A stretch of 64,000 nucleotides of DNA from NCBI RefSeq assembly GCF_009914755.1, contig NC_060925.1; one strand, given 5' to 3'. The translations under genes were made by a program, and so were the position numbers. The DNA is from the human T2T-CHM13v2.0 reference genome, Homo sapiens. Of the stretch, positions 45,186 to 58,674 are shown piece after piece. The notes below the pieces were generated by a model. The model had not been told where the DNA came from. It worked only from the letters and a program-made list of their open reading frames with translations, and did not search any database. How positions within the stretch are numbered: the stretch's first letter is position 1; the number at the start of each line of letters is the position of its first letter.

Positions 45186-45512
45186 AGTCAGGCATGGTGG
45201 CTCACGCCTGTAATCCCAGCACTTTGGGAGGCCAAGGAGAGGTCGGGAGTTTGAGACCAGCCTGACCAACATGGAGAAACCCCGTCTCTACCAAAAATAT
45301 AAGATTAGCCAGGCCTGGTGGGGCATGCCTGTAATTTCAGCTACTCGGGAGGCTGAGGCAGGAGAATCGCTTGAACCTGGGAGGCCGAGGTTGTGGTGAG
45401 GCTGCAGGAGGTGAGGTTGCGGAGAGGAGGCAGAGGTTGTGGTGAGCCGAGATCATGCCATTGCACTCCAGCCTGGGCAACAAGAGTGAGACTCTATCTC
45501 AAAAAAAAAAAA
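45186..45512 (+). mobile_element. Rearranged AluSp
   Basis: gtcgggag and catggagaaacc diagnostics; flanking AAATGGAG repeat. Confidence 0.88.
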
Positions 45513-45539
45513 GAAAAATGGAGAGTGTGTTTTAGTTTT

Positions 45540-45770
45540 AGAGTTTGGCATACACAGTCCATTTCCTAGTACTGCTACTTAACTAGTCAAATGTTCCTCA
45601 AGCAAGTTTCCTCTTAATCCCTCTGAGCATCAGTGTCCTCATACATACAATATTGAGAATAATGTCTGAATTACTGAATTATTATAAGGATTTAATCTAA
45701 TGAATATATATGCCATATATTGAGGGACCCACAGTAAGTGCTCAAAATATGGTGGGCAGTACCAATTATT
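45540..45770 (+). mobile_element. MIR
   Basis: ctctgagcatcagtgtcctcat...acagtaagtgctcaa. Confidence 0.65.
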
Positions 45771-46544
45771 ATAGGGTCACTTACACTTTGGGTCATATTG
45801 TGCATCCTGAAATATCACAATTCAGCAACATTCATAGCATGTTGTATATGCTATGTACAACATGGTGCAGTGCAACTTCAAATATTAACACAATAAGACA
45901 TGTTGAATCTTCCACTAGCATCATAAAGATTTTTAAATCATTTGAATCTGGGAGTTGGCAATTGCAAAAAAGAATTCCTTTGGAGAAGCTTGGCCATTCC
46001 TTTGCAACATAGTAATTCTATAAAGTGTTTGATGCATGTTATCATCAGTAAGATCCAACTGATAATATTTACCACAGATAGGGACTTCATTACATCTCAG
46101 CCACTGAATTATGTACCCTTCATATAAGATCCCAGCAAAGGGAAAGACAAGCCTTACAGGATGAAGTCATCTGCACTGGTGACCTAGGTGTACGCGGACA
46201 GTTTGCAATCAGGTGTATATGGTTCTAAATTGTCTACTTACTGCCTGTATATGCATATGTGCCCCTTTCTTGTCCTCAGGAAGCCTAGAGGTGGGTGGGG
46301 AAAGATGACACATCTGAACTTATCAGGGCAAGGGACCTTCTATGCTGAGATCCTCATGCACACCCCAGGCAGCCAGAGTTCTATCGCCCAGAGGAGGTGC
46401 AATTCAATGGGGTTTTCTAAAAATAATTCCAGACACCTAACCTCAGCATTCAACCTGCACTTAATTTTTGTTTTTATTAATAAATTTCAGTATGATTTCT
46501 TTTTTTCCCTCTGAATAAATCTTTCCATTTGCATTGCTTTCACA

Positions 46545-47207
46545 TGCCAACTGAAAAATGACGAGGTTCATGAGTTTGGAAAGGAGAGCTTTATTTCCCA
46601 TAAAGAGTTGCACCTTGAGGATGGCCATTCTGACAGGCTAAGAAGCATAACTTCCCGTCAGAAGCAGAAACAGACACAAAGGGAACAGGAATTTTGCTGA
46701 GTAGGGTGGCCTAATATACATATTTAATAAGCTACGGGAAGCATCATTAATATTTAGGAATGGAGAAATGTATGCATGCACAATTGAGCTTCATGCCCCT
46801 TCCTGGGTCCCATGTACAAAAAATGGCAGCATTAGCATGACCCGAAGGTTGAGTTTCCAGCCCTCTGACTGTCAAAGGGTGAAGCAGAGGACACGAAAAC
46901 CCTCACTGCACATTCTCCATAGGCTGGCCAGAGCCACTCCCTGGCAGATGGTCTCTTATCAGGCACAGAAGGAGGGGTAGCATCAGGGGTTGGTTGATAT
47001 CAGAGTGGAGTTTGAAAGGGCTGGTTTCTGGTCAGCCTTAAGGGAAGAAAGCTTCATCCTAGTTATTAAGGGTGGGGGTATAGCAAGGTGTGTCTGATCT
47101 ATCCCATCACAGCCGAGAACTCGGTGTTCAAGGTCACCCTAGGGTCCCTTTGACCAAGAGATGGTCTGTTCAGTCAAGTAAGAGGCTTAGAATTTTATTA
47201 GCTTACA
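46545..47207 (-). mobile_element. ERV1 solo LTR (MER72/MER4-group-like)
   Basis: TG...CA termini, perfect 4-bp TSD CACA; minus strand starts TGTAAGCTAATAAAATTCTAAGCC. Confidence 0.78.
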
Positions 47208-48129
47208 CACACTTTTGGTATTTAGTTTTTTCAGTCATATTCCTCTCATGTTTTAGAATAAGGATTCACACTGTTTTGTGTGACTGGTTCAACTTTATTC
47301 CTTTGGCCTGTTGTTTTTAATCCCGTAGAGCCAGAATTAATAGTGACATGAGCTTTAGTTTCCATTTGGTTTCAGGAAATTCAAAACAAGAGATCATTGT
47401 TTTCCAATATTTAATTATATAGGCTGTGCCAAAGTAGACATTTTATTATTATTTTATTTTGATTCTTGCAGTTTCTGTACTTGTTTCATTTTCACAGATA
47501 GGTGGTACTTTCATTGAAATAATCATCTTTTATTCTTGCGTACCAAGTTTAAAGAATTTAATTTACATTTTATGATTTAATCAAAATCTGAACATGACCT
47601 TGGAGTTTATTGTTTTAATAAAATTGTTTCCTTAGCTCCTGATCCATCTTAAACTTCATTGCAATCCTTGCATATTTATTAATTATTTGATTTTACACAG
47701 TTTTATGATGTGGGACAGATGGTTGATGACTAGCTCCTTTGACACTGGTAAAATGAGACATGCAGCTTTAATTTTTTATGAAAATTATAATAGATCTAGT
47801 GGGGAAAAATGAATCTAGAAACTAGCTATTTTTTTTCAGAGTATCTTAGATTTGTATTGGCCTCACTGATGCTGAGCTCTGCAACATTTCACTTAAAAGA
47901 GTCTTCAGCAAACACAGTGTCTCATGCACCTTCCTGTCCTGGAAATCCTATTTTAGCCAAGGACATAATGTGCCAACATCTGAATCCTGGACAGTGTCTC
48001 TTTATGTTTTGGGGTTATTTTTAAAGTGTGTGTGACATATAGATTTATTTGCACTGAATAGGAAAGATGTCCACAATATATTGTTTAATGAAAATAAAAA
48101 GCAAGCTAGAGCACATAATACACATTGGA

Positions 48130-48370
48130 GGGTTGGGTGTAAAATCTTGGATCAGACGGCTTTGGTTTAAGTCTTAACTCTGGCTTCCTAGGAGCTGTGT
48201 GACACTGGCCCAGTCTCAGAACCTTTCTGTGTCTTCATTTTCTCATCTGGTGACTAAATAATAGTCTCTTAATTCACAGGATCCTGGTGAGGATTAAATG
48301 AATTAATATGTATACACACAGCGAGCAGTGCCTGGCACACAGTGAGTGTTTAAAAATATGCATATGTCAT
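48130..48370 (+). mobile_element. MIR
   Basis: agctgtgtgacactgg...gtgaggattaaatgaattaat...gtgcctggcacacagt. Confidence 0.75.
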
Positions 48371-48559
48371 TTTGCAAAAGAACACATTTTGGAAGAACAT
48401 AACCATTCATCTAACAAATATTTACTTAGTAAACTGCTACCAGTGATTACCTCTAGGGCATGGGAATGAGAGAGGCAAGGGCAAGAGGACTGAGTTTCTG
48501 CTTTATAAGCTTAGGTATTGTTTTAAAATTTTGCTTGTTCATGGAAGATCTGCTTACTA

Positions 48560-48790
48560 GGGCAGAGATTAGGAAATAGACCTGAGAGCCAGCCTGTGTG
48601 TGTGGCATCCTGCATCTGTGTTTACAGTTAGCCGTGTGACTTGGGACAAGTCTTCAACTCCTTGGTACATCCATTTCTTCACCCTTAAAGTGGAAATCAT
48701 AACAGTCCCCACCTCGTATGGCTATTGTGTGGATGAAATGAGTCACTACATGCATTTCACTTAGAAAAGCACAGAGGTTCCTTGAAGGAC
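48560..48790 (+). mobile_element. MIR
   Basis: ccgtgtgacttgggacaagtc...gtgtggatgaaatgag. Confidence 0.65.
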
Positions 48791-49454
48791 AGAAGTGATT
48801 GGCAGCTGTAGCAGTAGCAGAGGAAAGGGTAGGGTCAAAATCTGCAATGCCCTGAGGTTCTCATGATGTTTGTCTTTGAAATCATAAAAAAAAAAAAAAA
48901 AAGAATTTAGAAAACATGTCCCTGAAAAAACAATCGAAATCAAAATAAAATTGTAGGGTTTTTTTCTCATTTCCATAATTTCCTATTCATCTCACAATAG
49001 TTTTTAATCCCTTAGCCATGTATAAAATTCTTTGCTCGGTATCTTACCCAGTTTTTCCTATTGGTGAGGTTTTTCCGCTTTGTATCTTATCTCTTTCTTC
49101 ACCTCCTCCACTTCTCCTTCTTCTTCGTCAGTAGAATTCACTTTGTTTTTAAGGGTCTTTTGCTCTCATCTTGTTGAGAGGAATCACAATGACTGTCTTT
49201 TTCTGGCCAGATTTGCTTTTCTAAGAAAAACTGATGACTAATAAAGCCATAGGCATCAAATATGGATCCACTAAACATTTTATCTACTAAGGAACCACTT
49301 TATTTTCATCACAGTTGGAGAGTCTAAGACAGATTTGGAAACTCAATAAAGGAAGGAAAAGGAAAAAAGCTTTTGATATTGTCTTCAAGGGATGAACAAC
49401 CTAATAGTAAAATAAAAACGTATATATTCAACAAGGGATATTTCAAATATTTAA

Positions 49455-49976
<522 letters not shown>

Positions 49977-50631
49977 TAGTCTTCATTTTCTGGTGTTGCA
50001 CAGAGGATCCCAGAGATGTAATAACTAACCTGAAGTCTCACGGCTCATAAGTGAGGAGCCAGGACACAAATTCAGGCTGTCTAGCACCTTGCAAGACCCT
50101 CTGGTGCCTTCAGTATATGGCAAGCATTCACTGCCCTGGAAGATAAATTCGAGGGCAGCAAAGAACAATTACAAAACAATTTCTGTATTATGTGATGCTC
50201 CTTTTCCTCAGAAAAATCTAGCTGGATTGTGTCCATGACCAGATGGACATTTGAAGAGATGATGTGTTTACGGAGAACTCACCTCTTTTTCTCTGCAGCA
50301 GTAGAGGTTGAAGCAGTTCCACGACAACTGCCCACGTATGTAGGGATGCCCCTTCTCCTGGCTGTACTTCCTTTCTATGCTGAAAGATGGATTCCACTGA
50401 ATTCTTTCGTTTCTTGGGTCCATCCCTCCCGAGTGCCACTGGGAGAGTTTGGGAGAAAGCCCGAATTTGTTTCTCAGCCCTCCTTCCAGCTGCCTCTGCA
50501 GTCTCCAGTCCTCTGCTCTCCATCCTTCCAAGTTACTGCTCATCGGACACAACCTCCATTCCTGCCTTTTCACAGATCTTGCTTTCTCGAGCCCTTCTGT
50601 TACTGGTTCTCCCATCCAAAGGGTAACTATT

Positions 50632-51140
50632 ACAAATTGTTCTACCCTATAGACACATACATGCATATGTTTATTACAGCACTGTTCACAATAGCAAAGA
50701 CATGGAATCAATCAACCTAAATGCCCCTCATCAATAGATTGGATTTTTTTTAAATGTAGTACACATACACTGTGGAATACTATGCAGCCATAAAAAATGA
50801 GATCATGTCCTTTGCAGCAACATGGATGAAGCTGAAAGCCATTATCCTAAGCAAAGTAATGCAAGAACAGAAAACCAAACACGGCGTGTTCTCACTTATA
50901 AGTGGGAGCTGAGCATTGAGTACACATAGACACAAAGAAGGGAACAACATATACCAGGGCCATACATGAGTGTGGAGGGTGGGTGGAGGGAAAGGATTGA
51001 AAATCTCCTGTTGGGTACTATGCTCATTACATGAGTGACAAAATAATCTGTAAACCAAACCCCCACAACACATAATTTACCTATGTAACAAACCTGCCCA
51101 TGTACCCCTGAACCTCGAGGTTAAAAAACAACAACAAAAT
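50632..51140 (+). mobile_element. L1PA13-16-type 5'-truncated LINE-1
   Basis: ORF2 C-terminal (MFITALFTIAKTWNQ) and 3'UTR motifs; TSD GTAACTATT (50623-50631, 51141-51149). Confidence 0.9.
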
Positions 51141-51803
51141 GTAACTATTCATCTCAATTAAAACAGAGTAGAGGCAATCGTTCTAGGTCTGCTCTGGGAA
51201 AGACATTTATGCTAACTCTCAAGGCACAAACTTGAGTAGGTGAAGATGAAAGTGTCCCTCCGGGGTCTGTGCCGTCCTGGGAGAGACACAGTGAAGTGCT
51301 CTGTGAGGTAACAGGAATATGTGCAGAGTGCATCGGGGACATAGGCTCTTCCCTCTGTTTGGAATGCTGTGTCCTCTCTTGACTACATGGCAGCTTGGAG
51401 TCTTATTCCTCAAGACTCACAAAATGTCCTTATCTTTGCTACCACCACATCAACTCAAGCAAAGCTAATCATCTATACTGCTCCTTCCACTGCAATTATT
51501 TTGTTTAGTTCATGGCATTGCCAACAAGTGGTTTTCCAGAACAAGAACCACATCCCCAGTCTAAGCCTTGTAGGCAGTACTCAAACACATTTACTGTGTG
51601 AAATAATGATTGAAGAGTTGAACACGTGAATATGAGATTCCTTTTTTGCTGGGTGGGTGAAGAATGTGATTTCCAGAGAAGTGGGACCTGATTCTTGAAG
51701 AGATGTGGAGTTTGCCTCATTAATTAGTATCAGGACATTTTCCTGGTTTTCCTGAGAAACACAACTCTACATTTTTCTGGGTCTGTATGATCTCCCTTTA
51801 GAG

Positions 51804-52015
51804 CAGGGTTTCTCAGCTTCGGCACTATCAACATCTTAGCAGCCTTAATTCTTTGTGGGGAGCTGTCCTGTGCATTGTAGGATGTTTATCAGCATTGATA
51901 GCGTCTGCCTACTATATGTCAGTAGCACATTTTCCCCAGGTTGTGACAAGAAAAGTGGCTCCAGACATTGCCCAATATCCCCTAGGGCAGAGTCACCCTG
52001 GGTTGAAAACCACTG
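51804..52015. mobile_element. MER20 (hAT-Charlie)
   Basis: CAGGGTTTCTCA...TTGAAAACCACTG TIRs; TSD CTTTAGAG/CTTTATAC. Confidence 0.9.
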
Positions 52016-53471
52016 CTTTATACTCAACAAATGTTAGCTCTTGTTAGGCATGAAAAAGACCTTGCTGTAAAGTCAACCAGCCATAGAAAAATTATGGAAT
52101 TGATTTTACCATTTTTGAGAAACTGCTGTGGGCCAGTCAGGCTATACTGGGTGCTTTATACAGATTCTATTTCATCCTCAAGTATTATAATCCTCATTTT
52201 GTAGATGAGGATGTAGGATCAGAGTGCCTAGGCAATGTGCCCACGTGGCAGAATCGGGTGTACTTCCTGGCCCTGCATGCTATGGCAGGTTGTTAGGCGT
52301 TTAATGCGCGCCTCCCACATTGCTTCTACTCTCTTTGCAAATATACAGTTCTATCTGCGTGCATGAGTTGGGGCGTGCAAATAGGCTGAAGTCTGAAGGG
52401 AAATCAGATGTGTGGAACATGTCCAGATATAAAAATAAATACTCTGATAAATATGGACCTGGAAAAAAAAAGCGATCACGAGTCTAACTTAATCATGAAA
52501 GCATAAATATTAAGCCAAAGGAATTTTCTTCACCAGGTGTCCTTTCAGTACCTAAACTGACATATTAGAAATATTTAGTCCAAATGACTGTTTTCACTAG
52601 ATTTTTCATCAGAATAACTTCCACAGTTATATTAGATCAGCTGGTATTTTAAAAGCACTGTTCTTTATCCTCCACTATAAAGGCACAGTATTAAAAACAC
52701 ATAATAATAAATACCTCTTTAAAATGTTGAACAGTAATCAGCAAATCTGTTTGCAGTGGAACAGAATCCAGCTGCACTCTTTCCCTGTTTCTCTCAGAAA
52801 AGAGTAACTTCAGCAACAAGGAGTCTGCCCTTTCTGGGTGAAGGGGTCATACTAATATTTAACAAGAACCTCTCCCGCCTGCTTTTCACTTCGTGCCATT
52901 TCTTTAGATATTCTAATGACAAAAGGTTTTAGACTTGCGAGTGCTAATGCAAGGAAACATCAGTCGAATCTAGGTTTTTGTTTTTGAGGAAAAACTGTTA
53001 TTTCAGCAGCTACTGCTACACGTAAGAGGTCCTGATGCAAATCCTTTTCCAAGCACCCTGCATTGTTGTTGTCAAGGTCCATATTTATCAAATCAAGTAA
53101 AAACCCATGAAAAGTGGCAACCGAGGGAGGAGGCAGCAAGATAAATCAACTTTCTAAAAAAAAAATTCCCCTTTTTAAATAGAATTTTATTCCGGTTTTG
53201 GTGTTCAGAGATGTTTTGTTCACAATAAGAGCCATTGCTCCATATTAGGTAACATCTTTTCCCCCTTGCAGCTTCAAATGAATATCAAGAGCCAGGTTCA
53301 CAAGTTGGATTCCCTTTAAAGACACGTTTGATTGCAAAGCTTTGTTGACTCTGTTTGATATCCTCCGCGAACTGCATGACTGAGCTAAGCTGAAGTTCCT
53401 GGTCACCAGCATGGGGAACGGGTAGCTGCTTCAGCGCCTGCTGGCAGAGAGGTCGTTCTCCGAGTCTGCTT

Positions 53472-53485
53472 TGCCACCTAGTGGC
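53472..53485 (-). promoter_or_regulatory. CTCF core motif
   Basis: TGCCACCTAGTGGC; the reverse complement GCCACTAGGTGGCA fits the CCASYAGRKGGCR consensus exactly, in non-repetitive DNA. Confidence 0.7.
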
Positions 53486-54424
53486 TTGATGTGGTATTGC
53501 CATTCACCAGGTAGTTTTAAAAGTCATTTTAGCCGTTGAATGCTATAGTGAATTATGACAGAAAACAGAGACACTCTAAGCAAAGAAGGCAGTCAGAGAC
53601 CCAAAACAAGCCCTGAAAAATGACGCAGACTGGATTACAAATAGGGAAGAGGCACTAAATAGTTGGTCTGAGAAAAAACGCACGGCTGTATGTTGCAAAG
53701 ATATTTTGGGTTTTTCCCATATCATCACTTAAAAAAATAATTATTATTATAGACGTAGAATTAATTTAGACTTCTAGAAAAATTTATACGCTTTTAATTG
53801 GTTCAGCAGGTTTAAAAATCGAGAGCCCTCAAACATTTTTCCCAAGTAGGTACTGCCCGGTTGGCTCAGAGGACATGAAATGAGTTTATCTCCTTGGAAT
53901 TCATTATAACCAGAAGCCTCACATGTATATTGGCCTTGTCCGTTTCTGTAAGCAATCTCACATGTATTTCACGCTGGATATTTACACATTTTTAAATTTT
54001 TTAAATTTACCTATATATTTCACAGACTTATAACCCCAGAAAAGTTATTTTTTGCCATAACTAGGGGGAAGAAGGCAAATTTCCTAGAACTAACCTTCAA
54101 TTTCTCCTAAATTCAGTACTGTCAAACTTTTTTGTCTTTTTTCACATTTTTTGTTTCACCCTCTTCTTTTAAATATTAATAAAAGATGTCAAAATATCCA
54201 CTGCAGTGGCTTTCCAACATCATTCAACACAAAATACATTGTACGTACATCATGACTATAGACATAATTTTATACGTGTGTGTATGTCGAGCAAAAATTT
54301 AATGAAGTGATATTGATTGTCATTATGTGGTATGCATTCTGATACGTCCTATTCAATTTGCTGTACATTTTTTTCTTTTTTAATTCTCATATTGGCCCAC
54401 TAATTGGCTCTTGCATTTTGAACT

Positions 54425-54426
<2 letters not shown>

Positions 54427-54469
<43 letters not shown>

Positions 54470-54880
54470 CACACACGCATATATATCTATTGAATTTAGT
54501 GTGTGTGTATATATACATAAATACATATATACATATATAAAAACATATACATATACACACATATACATATATACACACATATCTATACACATGTATGTAT
54601 ATGATATGTATATACATACGTATATATGTGTGTATATATACTCACACACGTATATATACACACATACCAAGTTCAAAATGCAACAGCCAATTAGCGGACC
54701 AATTAGTGTGTGTGTGTAGTGTGTGTGTATATATATAGTAAGTTCAACATGCAATGTATATATACACTAAGTATATGTACATTGTATATAAGTAAGTATA
54801 CTAAGTACATAGTATATATACACGATATAAGTACACTAAGTATATCGTATATATACACTAAGTATATATACATACACACA
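54427..54880. repeat. Compound (TG)n/(TA)n/(CA)n low-complexity block with TACACTAAGTA units
   Basis: About 20 pure GT units from 54427, then mixed purine-pyrimidine repeats. Confidence 0.95.
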
Positions 54881-56064
54881 GATGTAACTTCCCCACAAAG
54901 GCACTGATGGTACCCACGTGCAGGATCTTGCGCAGTTTTCCACTTCTTGCCTGAGCTCTGGTGCCTGGAACACTTCAGTAACCATTCCCTGAATGTTGCA
55001 CCCACAACCTGGCAGGGAGGGAGCCTGCTCTGACCCCAGAGAGGAGCCAGGCACCTGCCCCTGGTCTGCCCCTATCTGACCATGCCCTGAGCCCTCATGC
55101 AGGCTGCATTCCTAGAACTCTTGCCTGGGATTACTTATAAAGTGCGAAGGTCACTGGGCTGACAAGGATCTCTGTTCCCACCACCTGTTTATTCCTGAGC
55201 ATTACAAGGAAAGACTTCCTGTAGGTCCCCTCACCAATATCATTCAATTCAATGAGTGTAGACTGTGAACTTCCTTGACTCAAAATATCCTAATGCTATG
55301 GAATAGCTGTTGAGTCAGGATGAGGAAGGAATATTAAACATAGGAATGATACCTTCTACTCAGAAAATCACCGTAAACTGAGGGCTCTTAGCCCGGGGTT
55401 ATCACTGCTTCATTTGGGTCTGACCTACAGTCTTGATTCTCAGGAAGTTACATATTACCTATGAAATAATAGATATACCTGAAGTAAAACATTTGGTGAC
55501 TCTCATTTCTAATAAGTACTTTTAGATATTCTTTTTTTTTTTTTTTTTTGAAATCCTTATGACCGGCTGATCACTTTCTCCTGTTGTCATCCTGGGTACC
55601 GATAGGACCTCCGTTGCTGAGCCTCCAGAGAACAGTCCTTTTAATGAGGCCGTGGCCCCAAGGCCTCGGAGAAGTTCATAGAAAATGTCTGAAAGAAGGT
55701 GGGAGGGATCTTGTTTCCTGGCCCTATAGGGACATTGTCTTCCTTGATAAAGCTGGGTACAGCCTTGATATGAATAGATTGGGGAGCACCAGGAATGTAC
55801 CTCTCCTGGGCTGTCGAGAAAAGACAGTGTGCTCAGAAGAGGTATGGCAGGTGCTGAATATTCCCTTGGAGGGACGAAGGCAAGAAAGGCCCCTACAGCA
55901 ATGAGGGGAGAAAATCCACAACCCAAGTAGAACTAGGATTTCTTATGTGTGAGACAATACATTGCTCATTTACATGTAAAGTGTGTATAGTATTTTTAAT
56001 CCATCGTATTCAGGCGAGCAAGATCAGTCATTTCATTTTTGTATAACTTGCCTCGAAGCTGCCT

Positions 56065-56535
56065 GTTGTGGCCCCATTCTGCATAGCAAATCACCACAAA
56101 CTTAGCAGCTTACAACAAGGTTCCCTGTTCAGGGTCTCAACACTGAAATCAAGGTGTTCGCCCAGCTGAGTTTACGTCTTAGGCAAGACTAAGGAAGAAT
56201 TCATTACCACAGGCATTCAGGTCATCGGTGCTTCTGCCATGGTGACCTAGTGACCTCTGAGCAGCTGCCACCTCTGGGCACCAGACAGGAGGGCATGAGG
56301 CACGCATCTTCTTTGAGTCTGATCAATATTATCAGATGCGACCTCTTTTTCCTCCAACCTTCTCCGCATTTAAAAGCAACAGCAGAGTGTAGGGCAAGAT
56401 TCCAAGCCCTCCTTGGCAACCATCACCAATATCTGCCCCCTTTTAACTCTCTTCTTCACTTCCTTCTGGCTTCGGAAACTTTGGGATTTTTTTTTTTTTC
56501 CTCATTCGGGACATTACAGATTGAGCTGAAGTCTT
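56065..56535 (-). mobile_element. MLT1-type MaLR LTR
   Basis: caaatcaccacaaacttagcagctta...ctgaaatcaaggtgt. Confidence 0.7.
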
Positions 56536-56544
56536 CTTTGTCCA

Positions 56545-57135
56545 TCACCCTCAATCCTAATTTTATCTTCCTCCTCCAAAATACCACTGCTAATATATGA
56601 TTTGCATGTAAATCTTTCTATCCTTCTATGACAATTTTAATTATATTAATATACTAAAGGTGGTATCTGTCTATATGTCTGTATACAACCTTTAGTATAC
56701 AGGCATGTACAATCTTTAGTATACTATTGCTGTGTTTTATTGTAAACTAAATTTTATCGTGTTGTATTTGTCATCCCACAACTTGCCTTTCTTACTTAAC
56801 AAAGTATTTTTAGATGGTTCTAAGTTAATATATATCTAGTTGATTGCTTTTATCTGCTGCATAGTATTCCCTTTTATGAATGACCTCATTTTTGAATTCA
56901 TTTCAAAACGAATGGTCTTATAGATTTTCCTCATTTTTGTCATAAAAATAAATGCTTCAGTTAATAGCCTTGGGCGTGTCTCCTTGTGTACATACGAATG
57001 CAATAATTTCTAGAGGGTAGATACCTAGCAGTTGGATTGCTAGTTCATGGTGTACATGCCTTTTCAGTTTTAATTAATACTTCCAAATCACCTTTTTGTA
57101 GTACTTATTATCAATTTATTCACTCTGGATGTGGC
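56545..57135 (-). mobile_element. L1ME fragment
   Basis: ctgctgcatagtattcc...atacctagcagttggattgctag. Confidence 0.7.
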
Positions 57136-58674
57136 AAGGGGAGATTTTTCTTATTTTCCTAGTGTGTAGGTCAGTATACCATGCATTGATGCTCAGAAGA
57201 CCAAGTGTTTGCAGTTTCAAAGCCCTTATCTTTAAATCCCTTCTCTCTACCAGAGTATTTAAAATCTACTTTAAAAAGCAAAAAATGAGGAAACACTGGT
57301 TTCTTTCTCCCTGTGTTTCTACAGTAACAACACAACCCTGAGAACACAAAAAGTTAGCATTGGGAGAAGGGAGGCAAGATCCCCGTTAATACTTCAGAGT
57401 ATTAGCCTACAACACCACAATGCTTCTTATCTTCTCCATAATCTACAGATCAGGCGATAGTATTCTAGTTTTATAGATGAAGAAAGGTCGTCTCAAAGTA
57501 GTCAAGTAATTTGGTAAGTTTATACATCTCCTGGGCCAACCCAGAACTCAGACCCAAATCAGCAAAACTCCAAAGAAAGACCACAGCTTTTCAACTCTGC
57601 TCTATTGCTTTCTAATAAAAAAAATTAATGACGATGAGAACATCATCTTTATTAATAGAGTGGTATTAATGTATCTCATCACATCAGAACCCCAAATGAG
57701 TACCCACGACTTCCTAAACATTTCTGTCTTCATAGCTAGAAGTCACAGTGGGTTTTAGTAGTGTGCTTTGCTTAAAATTTCTGCTTCCCATTCAAAAGGC
57801 TTTATTTTCCTCAAAGTTATGTTCATATACCACATTCCCTTCTTTTCTCATTGCTTTAATATCTGAGGTTCTTAGAAGGAAACCCAAGGGTAGCATTAGG
57901 ACTGCCATGGTTATTGACTATTAACTCGTTAACTTATTAACTCTTGTCCTTTGGATGTTGTATCACATGGGTAAGCAAATGCCTATAAGTCATTTCCCTC
58001 TAATGGTTCTTGTCTACCTTTAAAATTTTTGCTCATCTCATACTGCACATCTATTGCATGACAGAAAAGGACTGGAACATTTTTAAATAAGGAAAAGCAC
58101 ATCTCTGAGAATTTCAGAAACATATTAGATATTGAATGAATGTCAAAGTGTAAGAAGAATGATGGCCAATGGTAGATATGACAAAGAGTACAGGTCAAAG
58201 ATAAACAGGTATTTAATTAACCTAATATAGAGAGCTAAACTCACCTATAGCTGACTTTCCTCAATTCTGGCTTCTTTCATTTTCTGTATTCAAACAAAGC
58301 ATAATTGGACTAGAATACTATTCATTTGGGGGGGCTCTTCAGATTCACAGGATGAAATGAACTAAAAGAAAACAACTGACCTTAGGCTAATTTCGAAAAT
58401 TTTTACTTATATTCTTCAACAATATAGGTCAACTGAGCAAATTAAATTGCTGTTGAATGTATACAAACATAATGTGATTATCCACAGAGAGTAATTTGAT
58501 ATTGCCTAAATAACTTTGTGTTTTTAAAAATCTTTTATTTGTATTCCATCTCTTACCTGGGGGTGAGTTTATGAAATGCAGAGGCTGTGGAATCCCTGAA
58601 TTCCACAGCACCAGTCACCATAATCTAAAGCTAGCAGTGGTTAAATGAGCTTGTGCTGATATTGACAAAGACAG

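Larger units (their letters stand above)
53170..55030 (-). ncRNA. CHRM3-AS1: Probable antisense lncRNA CHRM3-AS1 (approximate limits)
   Basis: Recalled annotation of a short antisense RNA about 7.5-9.5 kb upstream of the CHRM3 ATG. Sequence support: minus-strand AATAAA (TTTATT 53186-53191) and a minus-strand acceptor tcatttttCAG ending at 53613. Confidence 0.5.

Noticed and set aside
50218-50720. Overlapping 163, 147 and 101 aa ORFs
   Set aside because: No recognisable domain; the longest start at non-ATG codons and run into or out of the L1PA fragment
54358-55054. ORFs rich in V/C/Y/I/H/T
   Set aside because: Products of dinucleotide repeats
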